The notes under the pieces were generated by a model. The model was not told the origin of the DNA and ran no database searches. It saw only the letters and a list, made by a program, of their open reading frames with translations. DNA of 64,000 bases, taken from assembly GCF_006345805.1 (NCBI RefSeq), contig NC_042999.1, positions 167,214,001 through 167,278,000 of the forward strand. Reading direction: 5' to 3'. This document shows positions 25,680 through 42,010 of this stretch, piece after piece. The stretch is from Octopus sinensis (Eukaryota). The translations under genes were made by a program, and so were the position numbers. Position 1 is the stretch's first letter. Every line of letters starts with the position of its first letter.

Positions 25680-26030
25680 TGCAGTCGTGGCCACGTGATA
25701 AGAAATTTGTTCCCTAACTACATGGTTTTGGGTTCAGTTCCATTGCATGGAATCTGGACAAATGTATTCTACTATCGCTGCGGGTCGACTAAAGCCTTGT
25801 GGGTGGATTTGGTAGATGAAAACTGAAAGAATATGTGTGTGTTCCCCACAACGACTTGACAGCCAGTGTTGGTTTGTTTACGTTTCGGTAACTGAGCGGT
25901 TCAGAAAAAAGACTGCTAAAATAAGTACCAGAGTTTTTAAAAGAAACAAGTATTGGAGTCGAGTTGTTCGACTAAACTCATTCAAGGCGGTGCTCCAGCA
26001 TAGCCGCAGTCAAATGACTGAAACAGGTTA
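25680..26030 (+). mobile_element. Older family B-related SINE
   Basis: Degenerate head, AAAGCCTTGTG..GGATTTGGTAGA core and GGCGGTGCTCCAGCAT..GACTGAAACA tail. Confidence 0.8.
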
Positions 26031-26883
26031 ATGATAAAACATATTCGTGCCACCATAACTTATTTCAGAGTGCTATATTGTCCAAGCTATTTCTTTGCAG
26101 ATGTATGAACCGAACCATTGGCAGTTCAGAGATATTGCCATAGATACAGTAAAATATCAGTTCTGAGGTCTGAATCCGCACCTTCAAGTTGTATGAAGCT
26201 ATCCAACAACTCAGCCAACTGGAAGTCTATTGCTGTTTTGAGCTTTTTTGTTTTCTCTCTGAACCAGCTATCAGTATAAAAATCTTTCGCTTTAACTCCT
26301 TCCTCTACAAACGATTTGAGTAATTATTTTGTAAAGAATTCGATGCTTCTTGACTTAGACATACTAGACATGCTTCTTAGAAATAATAAATTAACCCTTG
26401 TTTCAGTTTGTAATCAGTAACTCAGCTGATGGATAAGAAACTGATAACTTATTTACTAATTGGATTCGTTAAGGAAATTTTAAGAATATTTTGTTTTTCT
26501 GCTCAACATATCTGTTGTCTGAAGTTCAGTTCATCAAATGTTCGCCCTTTGAGATTAAGTCTCACAATTAAAAAGAAAAGCAACATAGATATAAAAGCCC
26601 GATGCTTTTTTTCTTTTTTTTTTTTAATTAGCCCCAAATATACTTTCTCTTACATCTCACTGCAGTTAAAACACTCTGATTATCAACTGAATTTGTCTTT
26701 TCCCTCTTATTCTTTTCGTAGCTATTTCAGCAAGAAAAAAAAAAAAACGATATAACATGAAAATGAAACAAATGTTTCGTTTTATAAGATAATGTAATGA
26801 CACTTGAGATACTATATTGAAAGGATGAAAAACAAAGCGTTATCTAGCTTAACATGTAGCAGTTTCTCGAAATACCTGTGCAG

Positions 26884-27098
26884 TTATCGCTGCGGGTCGG
26901 CCAAAGCCTTGTGGGTGGATTTAGTAGATGAAAACTGAAAGAAACCCGTCGAATATGTGTGTGTTCCCCACAACGACTTGACAACCAGTGTTGGTTTGTT
27001 TACGTTTCGGTAACTGAGCGATCCAGAAAAAAAGAGTGCTAAAATAAGTACCAGAGATTTTAAAAGAAATAAGTACTGGAGTCGAGTAAACTCATTCA
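26884..27098 (+). mobile_element. Internal fragment of a family B-related SINE, closely matching 25772-25984
   Basis: Shares diagnostic variants with the nearby copy. Confidence 0.8.
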
Positions 27099-27288
27099 AT
27101 ACAGTAATCTTGTCAAGTGAACGTTAAAAATGTTTGGTCTTCAGAAAAATAATGTTTTATATAATTATCAATTTGATGCATAATCATTCAAATTAATGGC
27201 TCATGTGTTATGCATTTGTTTTAATATTTTGTTGTTCCTTTGGCTAGTACAATGAATGCTATATATCTCACTGCATCTAGATATTCAG

Positions 27289-28156
27289 GACCGACAGATT
27301 AAAAAAATTATTTTTTGTAACTAAACACTTGCAAACTTCGTATACTTGTAGAATGTGTCAAATAAAACATCTTTTACTCTTAGCGTTGTTGAGAAAATTC
27401 TGTATTTTGGAAGTTATTTGTTAAAGTTGTCGTATTTCGGTAATTTCAACCAATCAATGATGTGTATTCAGCTGAATAAAATTACTGCCGTTGTTTGTCA
27501 ACAACAACTATCGGCGGTGTATATTTCGTTTGTCACTGTTATTTATGACATCGTCCGTGCGTTTGTACTGGTTTTAGCTTTAAGGTCTTAGAGTTAGGGT
27601 GAGGGTTTTAGGGTTAGGATTAGGGTTTTACGGCTAGGGCTAGGGTTTTAGAGTTAGGGTTGGGGTTTTAGGGTTACGGTTAGGGTTAGGGTTTTAGAGT
27701 TAGGGTTAGGGCTTTATGGTTAGGGTTATGGTTTCATGGTTAGGGTTAGGGTTTTAGAGTTAGGGTTAGGGTTAGTGTTGGGGTTTTAGGGTTAGAGTTA
27801 CGGAAAAAAAATGAAAACTGAAGCACGAACGATTATGGTGGTGCCATGAAGTAAACATGATTCAGATACACTCGTTTATTCATACAAACGTAACTGAGAT
27901 GAAATATGTCATAAATAACAGTGACAAACAATGTATACACTGCCGGAAGTTGTTGTTGACAAGCAACAGCAGTAATTTTATTCATTGATTGGTTGAAATT
28001 ACCGAAATACGACAACTTTAACAACAAATAACTTCCAAAATACAGAATTTTCTCAACAACGCCAAGAGTAAAATATGTTTTATGTGATACATTCTACCAG
28101 TATATGAAGTTTGAAAAGGTTTAGTTACAAAAAATTATTTTTTTAATCTGTCGGTC
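27289..28156. mobile_element. Non-autonomous long-TIR (foldback/MITE-like) element with internal telomere-like array
   Basis: 27289-27551 and 27906-28156 are inverted repeats of about 250-260 bp. Confidence 0.8.
27588..27803 (+). repeat. Degenerate interstitial (TTAGGG)n array
   Basis: TTAGGG units mixed with TTAGAG, TTACGG, TTATGG and TTTTAGGG variants. Confidence 0.9.
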
Positions 28157-28604
28157 AAAAGGTAAAGATAATAATAAGTGGCAGCTCTTCATATATTTTA
28201 TTACCTGTTGTAGACTGTCATCATTTCTTGGGCTGAGGTTAATTCCTCCACTGCTTGTCACAATCGAATCTGGAATTAATCCCAGTTTATGAGCTTTTGC
28301 TGTTTGATTAGAATATTTATTAATTATCAACATACAACATTAATTAGAATATATGTTTTAAATTAATCTGTTTCTGAAATATTAGTTGTCATTCATATCT
28401 ATCAGTCATTTTAAAATTTGCAATACATTATTTTTGTACGAAGGAATTCTTTCTCACTGATGTAAAGAGGTTGAATTGTACGCTATATCTTCTCAGGTAT
28501 TGAGATTCCTTACATGGTAATATTTCTTTGGGCATCAATCTATTCAAAGATTGGTTCTTTTGCGGTTACTTATACTTCATCGTCGCTTTTATAACATATA
28601 TATT

Positions 28605-28808
28605 CTTTTCTACTCTAGGTACAAGGCCCAAAATTTTTGAGAGAGGAGGGGGGCCAGTCGATTAGATCAACCTCAGTACGCAACTGGTACTTAATTTATC
28701 GACCTCGAAAGCATGAAAGGCATAGTCGACCTCGGCAGAATTTGAACTCACAACGTAACGGCAGCCGAAATACTGCTAAGCATTTCGCCCGCCGTGCTAA
28801 CGTTTCTG
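28605..28808 (-). mobile_element. Family C SINE (tail type 3)
   Basis: Matches 14656-14790 and extends into the head. Confidence 0.82.
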
Positions 28809-30545
28809 AACTTTTTATTACCCACTGGGGGCGAACATAGAAGGGACAATACAGAAACATGTGGACATACAAAACAAGGAGAAGGAAAAAAAGAAAGAAA
28901 CACAGGACAGCGTATGAAAACATGAATGAAAAATGGAAATGAAAAAACAAAAATGAAGCTACTCGCCCCGCCTACGAGTAGCTTCACTTCCCCTTTTCTT
29001 CAAATTCCGTACCTTCCAAAATATCCAGTCCATATTCTTTTATAAGTTCTTCATACTATATATCATCCGACAACCCTTTCAGGTCATAGGTCACTCTCCA
29101 ACACTGGTACCCGCCTTTATACTTTTCTATTTCATTCTTCTGTTTCTCTGATACTAACATACATAAAGTCTTTCTTTCCACATGAATAAACACTCTGTTC
29201 TTCCATCTCGTTTCTTAGTTGATCAGTTCCTCATCTGCACCTTCAAACCATATACATGCAAAACCCACTTTCAGTGAGAGTAGAAGTTGTGGGTACCTGT
29301 GTGTCAGTGCCTTTTTTTGTTTTTGTGTTCGAAGGGAATGGGAGGGTTTGGTGTCTGCAAGGGGAGGGTGGGGCTGAAAAGGTGTGGGTGGGGTCTCCAT
29401 TCAGTCTAACCTTTCTTTCCCTTCCTCTGGTTTTTCTTTTCTACCACTTTCCACGGTTCGTTGTTGTTTATTTGTATTTCCTCCTCTACCTTTTCTGGTT
29501 CCTTCCTGACTTCTTCCTGATTTTTCTCAGTCGGTGAAGAGCAGTTCACTCTAATGTGCCCCTTTTGACCACATTTGAAACATCGAGGGATTCAACCCTC
29601 CATCCTGACTCTTAATACCGCATCTCTAACTGTTACTGTTTCCACCATTTTTTCTAGGTTTTCCGTTGAACTTTGTATAATTATATCCAACGTTTGTCCT
29701 TTCCAATTGGTTGTTTCTGTTTTCGTAGCTTGGAGAACGGCTATTTCCTCTTCGTTGAATAGAAGTATAGCCGCTGCTACCCAAGCCACATCTATTTCGG
29801 GTGGGATTTCCTCTACCCTAATCCCTGAAGCTTTCCTTCCAATGTATGTGGGTAGGAGGACCCCACTTTCCGTCCTTAACGGGGTTGCTGAGTGTTGCTT
29901 TGCCTTTGCTACCTTTCTAAAGTAAACCTCCACTGTTCCATATCGACTTCCTCTGGCAAGGTATGTTATTGACTTCAAAACTTTTTTCAATTTTCTTCGC
30001 TGATACAATTTTAATTCTCTTATCTTCTACAGAATATACTTGGTGTACAATTGTCATTTGCTGCATATCTTATTACTTCCTGGGGTGGAAATAATAAGAT
30101 ATGCCCCCTTCTCTGTGTACCATCTTCTCATAACTTTTCAGCATTGACAGACCCTCCTCCTTATTCGCAACTTCTGCCATTTCCGCAAAACTTTTCTTCT
30201 TTAATTGACCATCCATTCTTTTCATTGCTCGTACGACTTCCTCTTCTGACGATGAAAATTCAAACCCACTAAAGTCTGAATAAAATAAATTGTTCTTTCT
30301 AACCATAGCTGAATGGCGGTGCCCCAGCATGGCCTCAGCTCGTGAGCTGAAACTAGATGGGAAAAAAAAGAAAAAAATAGCTAACTCGCCTCAAAGGAGG
30401 AGAGAAAGCACAAACAAATTGCTGCAAAGCAGCACAAAAACAATTAACGAAGTGTTCAAAACACTGATACAAAAAACTAAACGGTGTTAACACTCTGAAA
30501 ATACCGCCGTCAAAAATGGCCGTAGCAATTAACAAAGTCTAACTT
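28809..30545 (-). mobile_element. ORF1-only (HAL1-like) retroelement, copy 2, less deleted
   Basis: Broken ORF1: FSSSEEEVVRAMKRMD (cf. copy 1 LSSSEEELVKSLKRLD), YLARGSRYGTVEVYF..LEKMVETVTV, and intact CX2CX4HX4C knuckle CFKCGQKGHIRVNC (29541-29582). It runs into a hairpin and the shared 3' tail with no EN/RT. Confidence 0.72.
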
Positions 30546-30959
30546 TTTCTTTTAAGAATAGACAAGATGTAAATTATTTTCTCAAATACGTTAATGACGT
30601 AAATTTAGGGAAGAAAATGGCTTCAGCTGGAATTCAAATTGTATTTTATTCTTCAAGCTTACGTTTATGGTATTTATCTACCCATTTACCTTCTTTTTAC
30701 TTAAATAACACCCAGCGGGTAATTCATATCTAAACATTTATTTGATGTGTAATAATACTAGGGAAAATAATACTAGGGAAAAATATATACTTGGTGAAGG
30801 AATGTTCCTACGTAGTGAGTATACCATCATACTTAGTCCTGTATATGAGCCATCACATGCTTCACATGATGTAAGCAGGGTTGTAATAGTAATACGAATT
30901 CATAATTATAATGAAAACAAATTGAAATAGACGAATTCATATAATTTTCAGCTTAGAAA

Positions 30960-31560
30960 TACTAGAATCCCGTTCTTGCTGAGGTCGTATAGAAACTGTA
31001 GTACCATATATAAGTTGTAATGTTTAGATCATAAGTTCCGATAGAGTCTGTGAGGAAAAATTATGCGCAGGTTCACTCGTCCACAATCGATTCTGTACGA
31101 TTTGTATCTGTTGTAGTCGTTATGCGTTTCAGCGGGATTTATGACGGGGAAACAAGAAATGTGGAGAGGATGCGGTATTTTCTCATAGAGCAAGATCTGT
31201 TAGTGTCAACACTCTTTACTTTTTTATGACTTATTCCAAGAAAGGTCATGAATTTCTAGGAAATGGGGCTCACCCAGATCATTGCGTTCAAAGTCGCTGA
31301 AAATTAGGTTGATTTTGGTAATCTAGTATATTGTAGTTCTAAGGAAGTAATACGTAAATTGTTTAGTACGTGATTTGAGTATGGTATGAACAAGTCACAC
31401 TCCTAAGATATTAAGGGTCCTGAGATGAGTGGATTCAGGAAAGGTTGTTATAAAGCTTACTTATTCAGTGCAATAATTACTCTAGACATAAGAGAATTAG
31501 AGGGGATAATTCATTTGAGCGTTTGTCGATTGAAAGTTTGTCTAGAAGTTTAGACGGCCT
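30960..31560 (-). pseudogene. Probable decayed LINE RT C-terminal relic
   Basis: Faint TLNILGV and RT-thumb-like residues on the minus strand; many stops. Confidence 0.3.
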
Positions 31561-31673
31561 TTGCTTTTGGATATTTATTCATGTATACAAAGCTACATGA
31601 GACAAGATATACAAATACTACTATAACGAAGGTTACAGCTGTCCCTAGTACGATCCATTACTATTCAGGATCA

Positions 31674-32053
31674 GTGAGCGCAATGGACCAGTGGTTAGGG
31701 CAGCGGACTCGCGGTCATAGGACCGCGGTTTCGATTCCCAGACCGGGCGTTGTGAGTGTTTATTGAGCGAAAACACCTAAAGCTCCACGAGGCTCCGGCA
31801 GGGGATGGTGGTGATCCCTGCTGTACTCTTTCACCACAACTTTCTCTCACTCTTACTTCCTGTTTCTGTTTTACCTGTATTTCAAGGGGCCGGCCTTGTC
31901 ACTCTCTGTGTCACGCTGAATATCCCCGAGAACTACGTTAAGGGTACACGTGTCTGTGGAGTGCTCAGCCACTTACTCGTTAATTTCACGAGCAGGCTGT
32001 TCCGTTGATTCGGATCAACCGGAACCCTCGTCGTCGTAACCGACGGAGTGCTT
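31674..32053 (+). mobile_element. Family A SINE (copy 2) with 12-bp TSD
   Basis: TSD ACTATTCAGGAT at 31660-31671 and 32056-32067. Confidence 0.93.
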
Positions 32054-32340
32054 CCACTATTCAGGATAAAGAACAGTAACATTTATCTATGTCAATGATG
32101 TGTGGTCACTATAAAATAGCATTAGAGGCTATGAATCCTCCAGATTTGTAGCAAATCTGAAGTTTGAGCTGTGAGTTATTAATGTTATTGGTCTTCTTAA
32201 TGGGGAATTACCACATCCTCGTTTTAGAGTGTTTTCAAGAATTCTGTTTATAGAAGTTGTTCCTGTTTGGTGTCAGGTGTCTAAGCTGGAAGTATAATAT
32301 TATACATCTCTCAAACTTTCTCAGCTTTCCTATACATTTG

Positions 32341-32375
<35 letters not shown>

Positions 32376-33344
32376 GTTGTTACCAGGACTCCAGTAAAGT
32401 TTGCCATTTGTGTCTTACTGGGTGAGGAGTAATGAAAACGAATTCCCGAAGTAATATTGTTGAAGTGAAGTGTAAGAAACTAAGACATTTCCAAATAAAA
32501 CATTTGCCAATGAAGTGAAAGTTAGTGTAGATAACAGAGTAAGATGGCCATGAATCTTCGAAGTCATGATAAAAGTACATGATGTCGACCATATATATAG
32601 ACAATGATGAATCCTTCGTGTCTAGTTTCCGACGTTGAAGTGAAACCTGAGAAGTCGACAAAAAAAACTTACTATTGATTAGCCTTGCGTAGTTTAGCGA
32701 CAGCCTGTAGATATCAATGATTTGAAATAACGACGTGCGATATAAAAAGAATGTTGACTTGATAAAAGAGAATTGACAGAAGCTCTTTGGTGGTGGTGGT
32801 GGCGGCGGAAATGACCCCATCGAATAACGTAACATTACAAATCAAAACATTTAAGCCGAAGTGGTTCGCTCACCAAAGTTTACCATTCTGAATTATTATC
32901 TAGTCTATAAATATCTCTAGTACACTTAATTTGACTAAGCATAAGATCCCAAATTTATACAGGAAATGAATGAAACTTTGAATTGTTCATACATTCCAAG
33001 AGCGATAAAAGCAACAATTAAATGGTTTTGACAGGTAATCAATTCTGAATTTCGCAGAATTATAATTCATTTCAAGTTAATTTTATTGTATTTTGTAAAT
33101 ATCATTGCTATTTTTCTAGATATTTGTTGAATGGAAGCGCATAGACCTAAAAGTATTTATAGGTTTACTGAAGAATTATCTTGATTATAGTTTGACAGAA
33201 CAGAAATCCCGACATTCACCAAACTTCTTGAACACCCGCTTCCTGAATATGTTACCTCTTAGTTGGAAATCTTTCTTTCAAATTGTAACGACGCCAAGAA
33301 AATGGGAACATCCAGTAAAAGTTTTTGATTAATTTGACTATTTT

Positions 33345-33465
33345 CTGGATTCTTTCTTTCTTTCTTTCTTTCTTCCTTTCTTTTTTTCTTTTTTTCTTTC
33401 TTTCTTTCTTTCTTTTTTTCTTTTTTTTTTTTTTTTTTTTTTCTTTCTTTCTTTCTTTCTTTCTT

Positions 33466-33528
<63 letters not shown>

Positions 33529-33609
33529 ATCTTTCTTCCTTTCTCTTTTTCTTTCTTTCTTTCTTTCTTTCTTTCTATCTTTCCTTCTTTCTTTCTTTCT
33601 TTCTTTCTT

Positions 33610-33645
<36 letters not shown>

Positions 33646-33655
33646 CACACATACA
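33345..33655. repeat. (CTTT)n/(CT)n/(CA)n compound microsatellite
   Basis: Directly visible; source of the KERK and FLSF pseudo-ORFs. Confidence 0.97.
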
Positions 33656-36600
33656 CGCACGTCGCTTCAAGTCCTCAATTTCTGAGGAAATTATAGTGGC
33701 ACCCCTCAAGTGATATGAGCCATATCTTTGGCATCCTAACTTGTGGATTCCATCTTTCTTTACTTCTGACACTACAGACGACTTCCTTCTAGTGTAGGAG
33801 TGGCGCTTCGAAGTGATGAAAGGCAAATTTGACATTTGAATACGAAGCATAGAAAGGCGAAACGAATATTTCATGATATTCTATTCGAAAAGACTTCGAC
33901 CAAGGGGAGTTTGGGTTATATGCGATCCTTCTACTGTCCCCAGAGTGACACACACTAAGTTTCTAGCAACTGCGATGGTTCAGCTGTAGCTTTGAGCTGT
34001 TGTTTCTGCTGGTGAAGTTTAGACCTCAGGTTTTTGAATCCTGTATCATCAAATCATCTCTCTATTTTTCCTGCGGTCTTCCTGGTGTCGTGTGAAGTTG
34101 TATGTATACTGTGTGCGTGTGTTACTTGTTTGTAAGTATGCACGCTGCTGGAAGCGTACAACATCGCATTTACTAGTTTTTAGTTTTGTTAATAATAAAA
34201 ATAAATGGTCTTAATCTATTTCTTACACACTTAGCATTCAATTATTACGAAATGTATTGTTTTTCTACAAAGTTAAAAAATCATTCTTTTTAGCACGGCA
34301 TCAACAGTGGTGGAGAGAAAGAACATACTGAACTATTCGGTTCCAAAGGTAAAAAACAGTGAAAGTAGAATGTTTTGGAACAAAGAAGAAAATTATTGAA
34401 TGAGTATATTCGAAATAGTTAACATGTTTTTTAACGTCAGGGCTATAGTAAAACTAACATTGTAAATAAGTATGGTGAAGATATATTAGGCAAAGTAAAG
34501 GAGACTGTTAGCTAGGATTGGACTACAAGAAAGATACGCCCGTTGAGATATACTTTAACGGTATTTTTTTTTAATTTGTATTTACTCTTAATTTAACTTG
34601 GATTTGAAAGATAAGAAAGTTCTGGGGGTCAAGATAGTATCTTGTTTTGGATAAGAAATAGCTTCTTTGTACACAGCCTCACAGAGATAATGTGCTTGTT
34701 GAGAGGAACATAGTGTTGAAATTTTTATGTCAAAAACTTTTATGTGAGAACGACAGGCAGAGCACAAAATAAGCCGTGCTATGGAATCAAGATTTATTAT
34801 GAGTAGCGCTGCTACACAAACCAATATGGAACTGGCCTACTGACCAACAGATCGACAGTTCATATCCCATGATTGCATAGTGCTGTGTTCAGTTAATGGT
34901 CTAGTTCAGGTGGCTATACACAAGAACGTGACTAATCGGAATAATTTGCTTTAAAATATTAATATATTCTATATTTAATGAGTATTTTATTACGTTACAC
35001 TGTTAGGCTCATACATTTCCACAAGATAGCATGGAGAAGTTAGGTTCCCCCAATCCCCAGATATTCTATACAAGAGGATCAGTTTCTCTTATGCACTCTA
35101 CATAAGAACAAAATCTGTGATTTACCGAAATGATTCACATGTCGCGTTAGCAATATAAACAAAATATTTCCTGCTGAAGTGGAAAAGTTAAAATAATTCC
35201 TTTTGAAAGAATCTTTTCACTAAAAATTTTAATCTAATTCTTTGAATTGGGATCGAACTGAGACAAAGCTGAATAATGTATAGTGTTTAGTTTGGTGTTC
35301 TACATTTGGTCACAGCCTTTATCCCTAATATGAGACACTGGGCGTAAAGACGAATGTATCATTTAATCTTCTTAATTTTATTGCTGGTACAAAACATATC
35401 CATTCACCGAGAAATGAGTCAAAGTTGTTTTAATTTGAATGACAAACGAATATAACGATGTGGATGAAGTTTAATCTCAGTGAGTATTTAGACCGTAACC
35501 AATAATAGCTTTGAGTGACGTATCCGTCTCATTGCTATAACGGTTTCACAACAGCCACATGTTCTAGCATCGATAAGAAACTGCCTGCTACATTCAGAAT
35601 CTTCGCTGGCGCTGTTTTGAATTTCATTTGACACATCTGCAAACGCTGAGGTCGTTGTTAGTCGAGCAATTAATTAAATAGTTCTGTTCTCATCCATTTT
35701 GGATCTTTGATGCAGTTTTTATGTATCGCAGTGTGGTTGCGACTTAATTTGTGATAGGCGCGAACCTCAATCATCTCGCGATCTGACATAACTTAGACTA
35801 TCCGATACAAGTTCATCTGAGAACTCGCGACCCCCAAAATTGAAGGATATCTTGATTATACTTTCCTCATTTCACCTATGCTGTGGGTACGATAGTAATC
35901 ATTGATATGATTACAACTCGGAGTACCTAGGCTGCAACCAAAGTTACAACTCTTATAAACTGGTTAGAATAATGATATTCATTTATATTTATACATGTTT
36001 TCTAGACGCGTATATTGCCAGTTGCTTCGATTTTAGTTTATTATTGGTATATATTTTCCTGACACAAGGATATCAAGAGGCTCCGACCTTTTCGTTGAAA
36101 TTTGAACATAAAATAACAAAAATAATTGGTTGTGTATTTTCAATTGCACCTGATTTTATACGGGTCTATGGCTTTAGTGATTGAAAATATATGTTGGAAA
36201 TGAATACGAACATCTGATATATTGTAGGAATAAGCGAATGCTTAAATGTAATTGCGTGCATATGTTTGCATGTGTGAGGGAGAGAGATAAAGACAAGTGG
36301 AACGAGTGAGAACCAAAAATATTAATGTAAATACACGGTGAAAGTTAGAGTTAAAGAACACCAAGTAAATCCAGGTACATAAACTACTTGTGACAGAGTG
36401 GGGGGGGGCATATATTGCCAACAACAGGAAGCTGCAATAATTAGCGAATCCTTCTACATGATATTAGGTAATACAGTACATTGAACGTAGCATTAACCGA
36501 GACAATTTCTGTTGCTGTTGTTAATGTTGTTATTGTTGTTGTTGTTGTTACACTATCTACATTTATACCAAATGCATTTAAGCTAACATTACTCATACAG

Positions 36601-37618
36601 ATTAAATTTATTGTTTTTCTAGAGATGGTCACTTAATTTTAGCTGAGTTTAGATTAGATCCTTACATAAGGTAAATTTACGCACTTGGATTAATTCTTAA
36701 GATTTTTTTCTGCCTCCGATTAAATGATGTTTATGTACATGATGCAAATGGTAAATTTCTGAAAAGCAGCCTTGTGTATGAATAGCAGACATAAACAAAC
36801 TCAAAGATAATATGATGTGCTAACTGATGGCAGAGTAAAGACATCTGTATTTAATTGATAGTGCGCTATTTTATAACGTTTACTACCTGGATAAGTAGAA
36901 GATTATCTACTCCATTTCTAGAAATTTTAGGTTGTAAAAAGACAAGACCTACTGTATTTACATGACTAAATATCTCCTCTCAAAACAGGTTACGTAGTGC
37001 GGCATGTCTCCCTTCTTCAACCCACCTTCTAAAAAGGAAAATTTTTTCCCAAATTACTTTCTTTTTTTAAAAAAAAAAAGAGATTTAATCATTAACCATA
37101 ATCAAAGTTATTTGGAAGAATTTCAATAAATTCACGGGACATAGAAAAAGGGAATTCCTTCAGGGCATTAGGGGTTAAAGTGAGGAGAAATGACTTCAGC
37201 CAGAAATGACAGGCTCGCTTTATCAGCAAGTAACATCATCCACAACGGCATTTGCACAAGTTGAACAAAATAACATTAAATCAACAACAGATTTATTTAA
37301 ATATCCTTTAAAAACCAAAAACCAAAAACCAAAAAAAAAGTTATTTCGTTCTCGATTAAAATGAAGCAGTCAAATATGAAATGCCTATTGAACGAATCAA
37401 ATGTTTGGGAAACCGTAGAACACTATTCACAAGTAATACCTGCACACAAACAAACAAAACTATATCTAATGTGGCTGAACTATTTTGCGTGTCAATCAAA
37501 TATAGAGACATGATTTAGGACCCAGTAGTTTGAGAAGGATAGTAATCCGGGAAGACTGTTGCAAACCCTTAAAGAGCTAATTAAGATCAGAAAACTAATT
37601 TACATAAACAAGCTTCTA

Positions 37619-37842
37619 CGTGGACGTGCTGAAGGTTCCTGGCTTTAAGGGTGTTATCAAAGGCCTGGTTGGAGGCCCAACCTTCCGCATACTTTTACGG
37701 GCTTAGGAAAACTGAAGGGCCACTGCAAGGACCTGAAGGACCTCTGTGAATCTAAGAGGGGAATATGGTGAATAAAATCATAGTTAACTGATCCTCCTGT
37801 ATTCTCGTTTACCCAAGGCCAGAAAATTCTCAGTACCCTACG
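37619..37842. mobile_element. Mariner-derived MITE with TA TSD
   Basis: TA|CGTGGACGTGCTGAAGGTTCCTGGC ... GCCAGAAAATTCTCAGTACCCTACG|TA; degenerate TIRs of about 28 bp. Confidence 0.65.
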
Positions 37843-37987
37843 TATGAGTTATACACGCACACGCGCCCACGCACACACACACACACACACACACACATGC
37901 ACAAGTGCCTCTGCAAACACTACAAACTCTTTCAAAGATTCTTTAAAAAAGGATCAAGATCCATCGCAAGTCATATCAACTCATAAT

Positions 37988-38160
37988 ATCAGTTTCCTGG
38001 TTTCCGAGGCGTTAACATTTACTCCTAGACGGGACTCCCGACCGTCGCAGGATTACTCAATTTTGCCAGCTGTGTGAATTGAAACATGGTCCAGGGATCA
38101 AAACGACAATCTTCTGATAATGAGTCCAACACCCTAACCACTAAGCCACACGACTCCATT
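37988..38160 (-). mobile_element. tRNA-headed SINE, family D
   Basis: Minus strand reads GGAGTCGTGTGGCTTAGTGGTTAGGGTGTTGGACTC (A-box head), then CCTGCGACGG..CCCGTCTAGG core. Confidence 0.7.
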
Positions 38161-38299
38161 GAAGGACGTGTTTCATAAATGCAATCACAAATACAGTGCA
38201 CGTATCGTTGGGCTGTTATTTCGCCCCAGGTATAACATATAAGGCATAAAACTAAGTTAACAAATATGTCCGTCCTTTTATGAGAGGCAATGGGGTGCA

Positions 38300-38500
38300 T
38301 AAGGAGGAGGAAGTAGAGGAGGAGGATGAAGAGGAGGATGAAGAGGAGGATGAAGAGGAGGAGGATGAAGAGGATGATGATGAAGAGGAGGATGATGAAG
38401 AGGAGGAGGATGAAGAGGAGGAGGATGAAGAGGAGGAGGATGAAGAGGAGGAGGAAGAGGAGGAGGATGAAGAGGAGGAGGAGGAAGAGGAGGAGGAGGA
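38300..38500. repeat. (GAG)n/(GAT/GAA) trinucleotide compound repeat
   Basis: Directly visible. Confidence 0.95.
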
Positions 38501-38635
38501 GGGGGGAACAGGCGAAAAAGAAGATGGAGATTATGCTGCCATATTTCACAAAGACAACGTAGAGTTTTCTTACTTGCTTTGATAGCAAAGAGCTGAGCTA
38601 GGTTGCAAGGAATAAATGTGCATTCAAAAGAGAGT

Positions 38636-38672
<37 letters not shown>

Positions 38673-39003
38673 GACAGTCATGATATATGTCTGACAGAGT
38701 GAGAATGGTAAATTTCTATCCTAACTCTTCGATCAATACTGCATCTTCAATATGGCGAAACTGATTTTACAACAACTGTTATTTTTTCCTTTAGGGTTAA
38801 TGATTCAGGTTCACTTCGGTTTGTCATTGTTATCTCTTTTGTGGTCATCACACACACACATACTTACACCTACCCTCCACACACACGCGCACACATTTAC
38901 GTATATATGTACTTATATATGTATATAAACACATACACACACACATACTCATATATACAGTAGTACCTCGGCTTTTGAACAACTCTGATCGCGAATGAAT
39001 CGC

Positions 39004-42010
<3,007 letters not shown>

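Noticed and set aside
31674-31750. tRNA-like cloverleaf heads (also 2590-2668, 45889-45965, 38090-38160)
   Set aside because: They continue into SINE bodies with tails and TSDs; not tRNA genes.
38280-38582. Highly acidic 100-aa ORF (poly-E/D)
   Set aside because: Trinucleotide repeat open in several frames, with no unique coding flanks or splice support.
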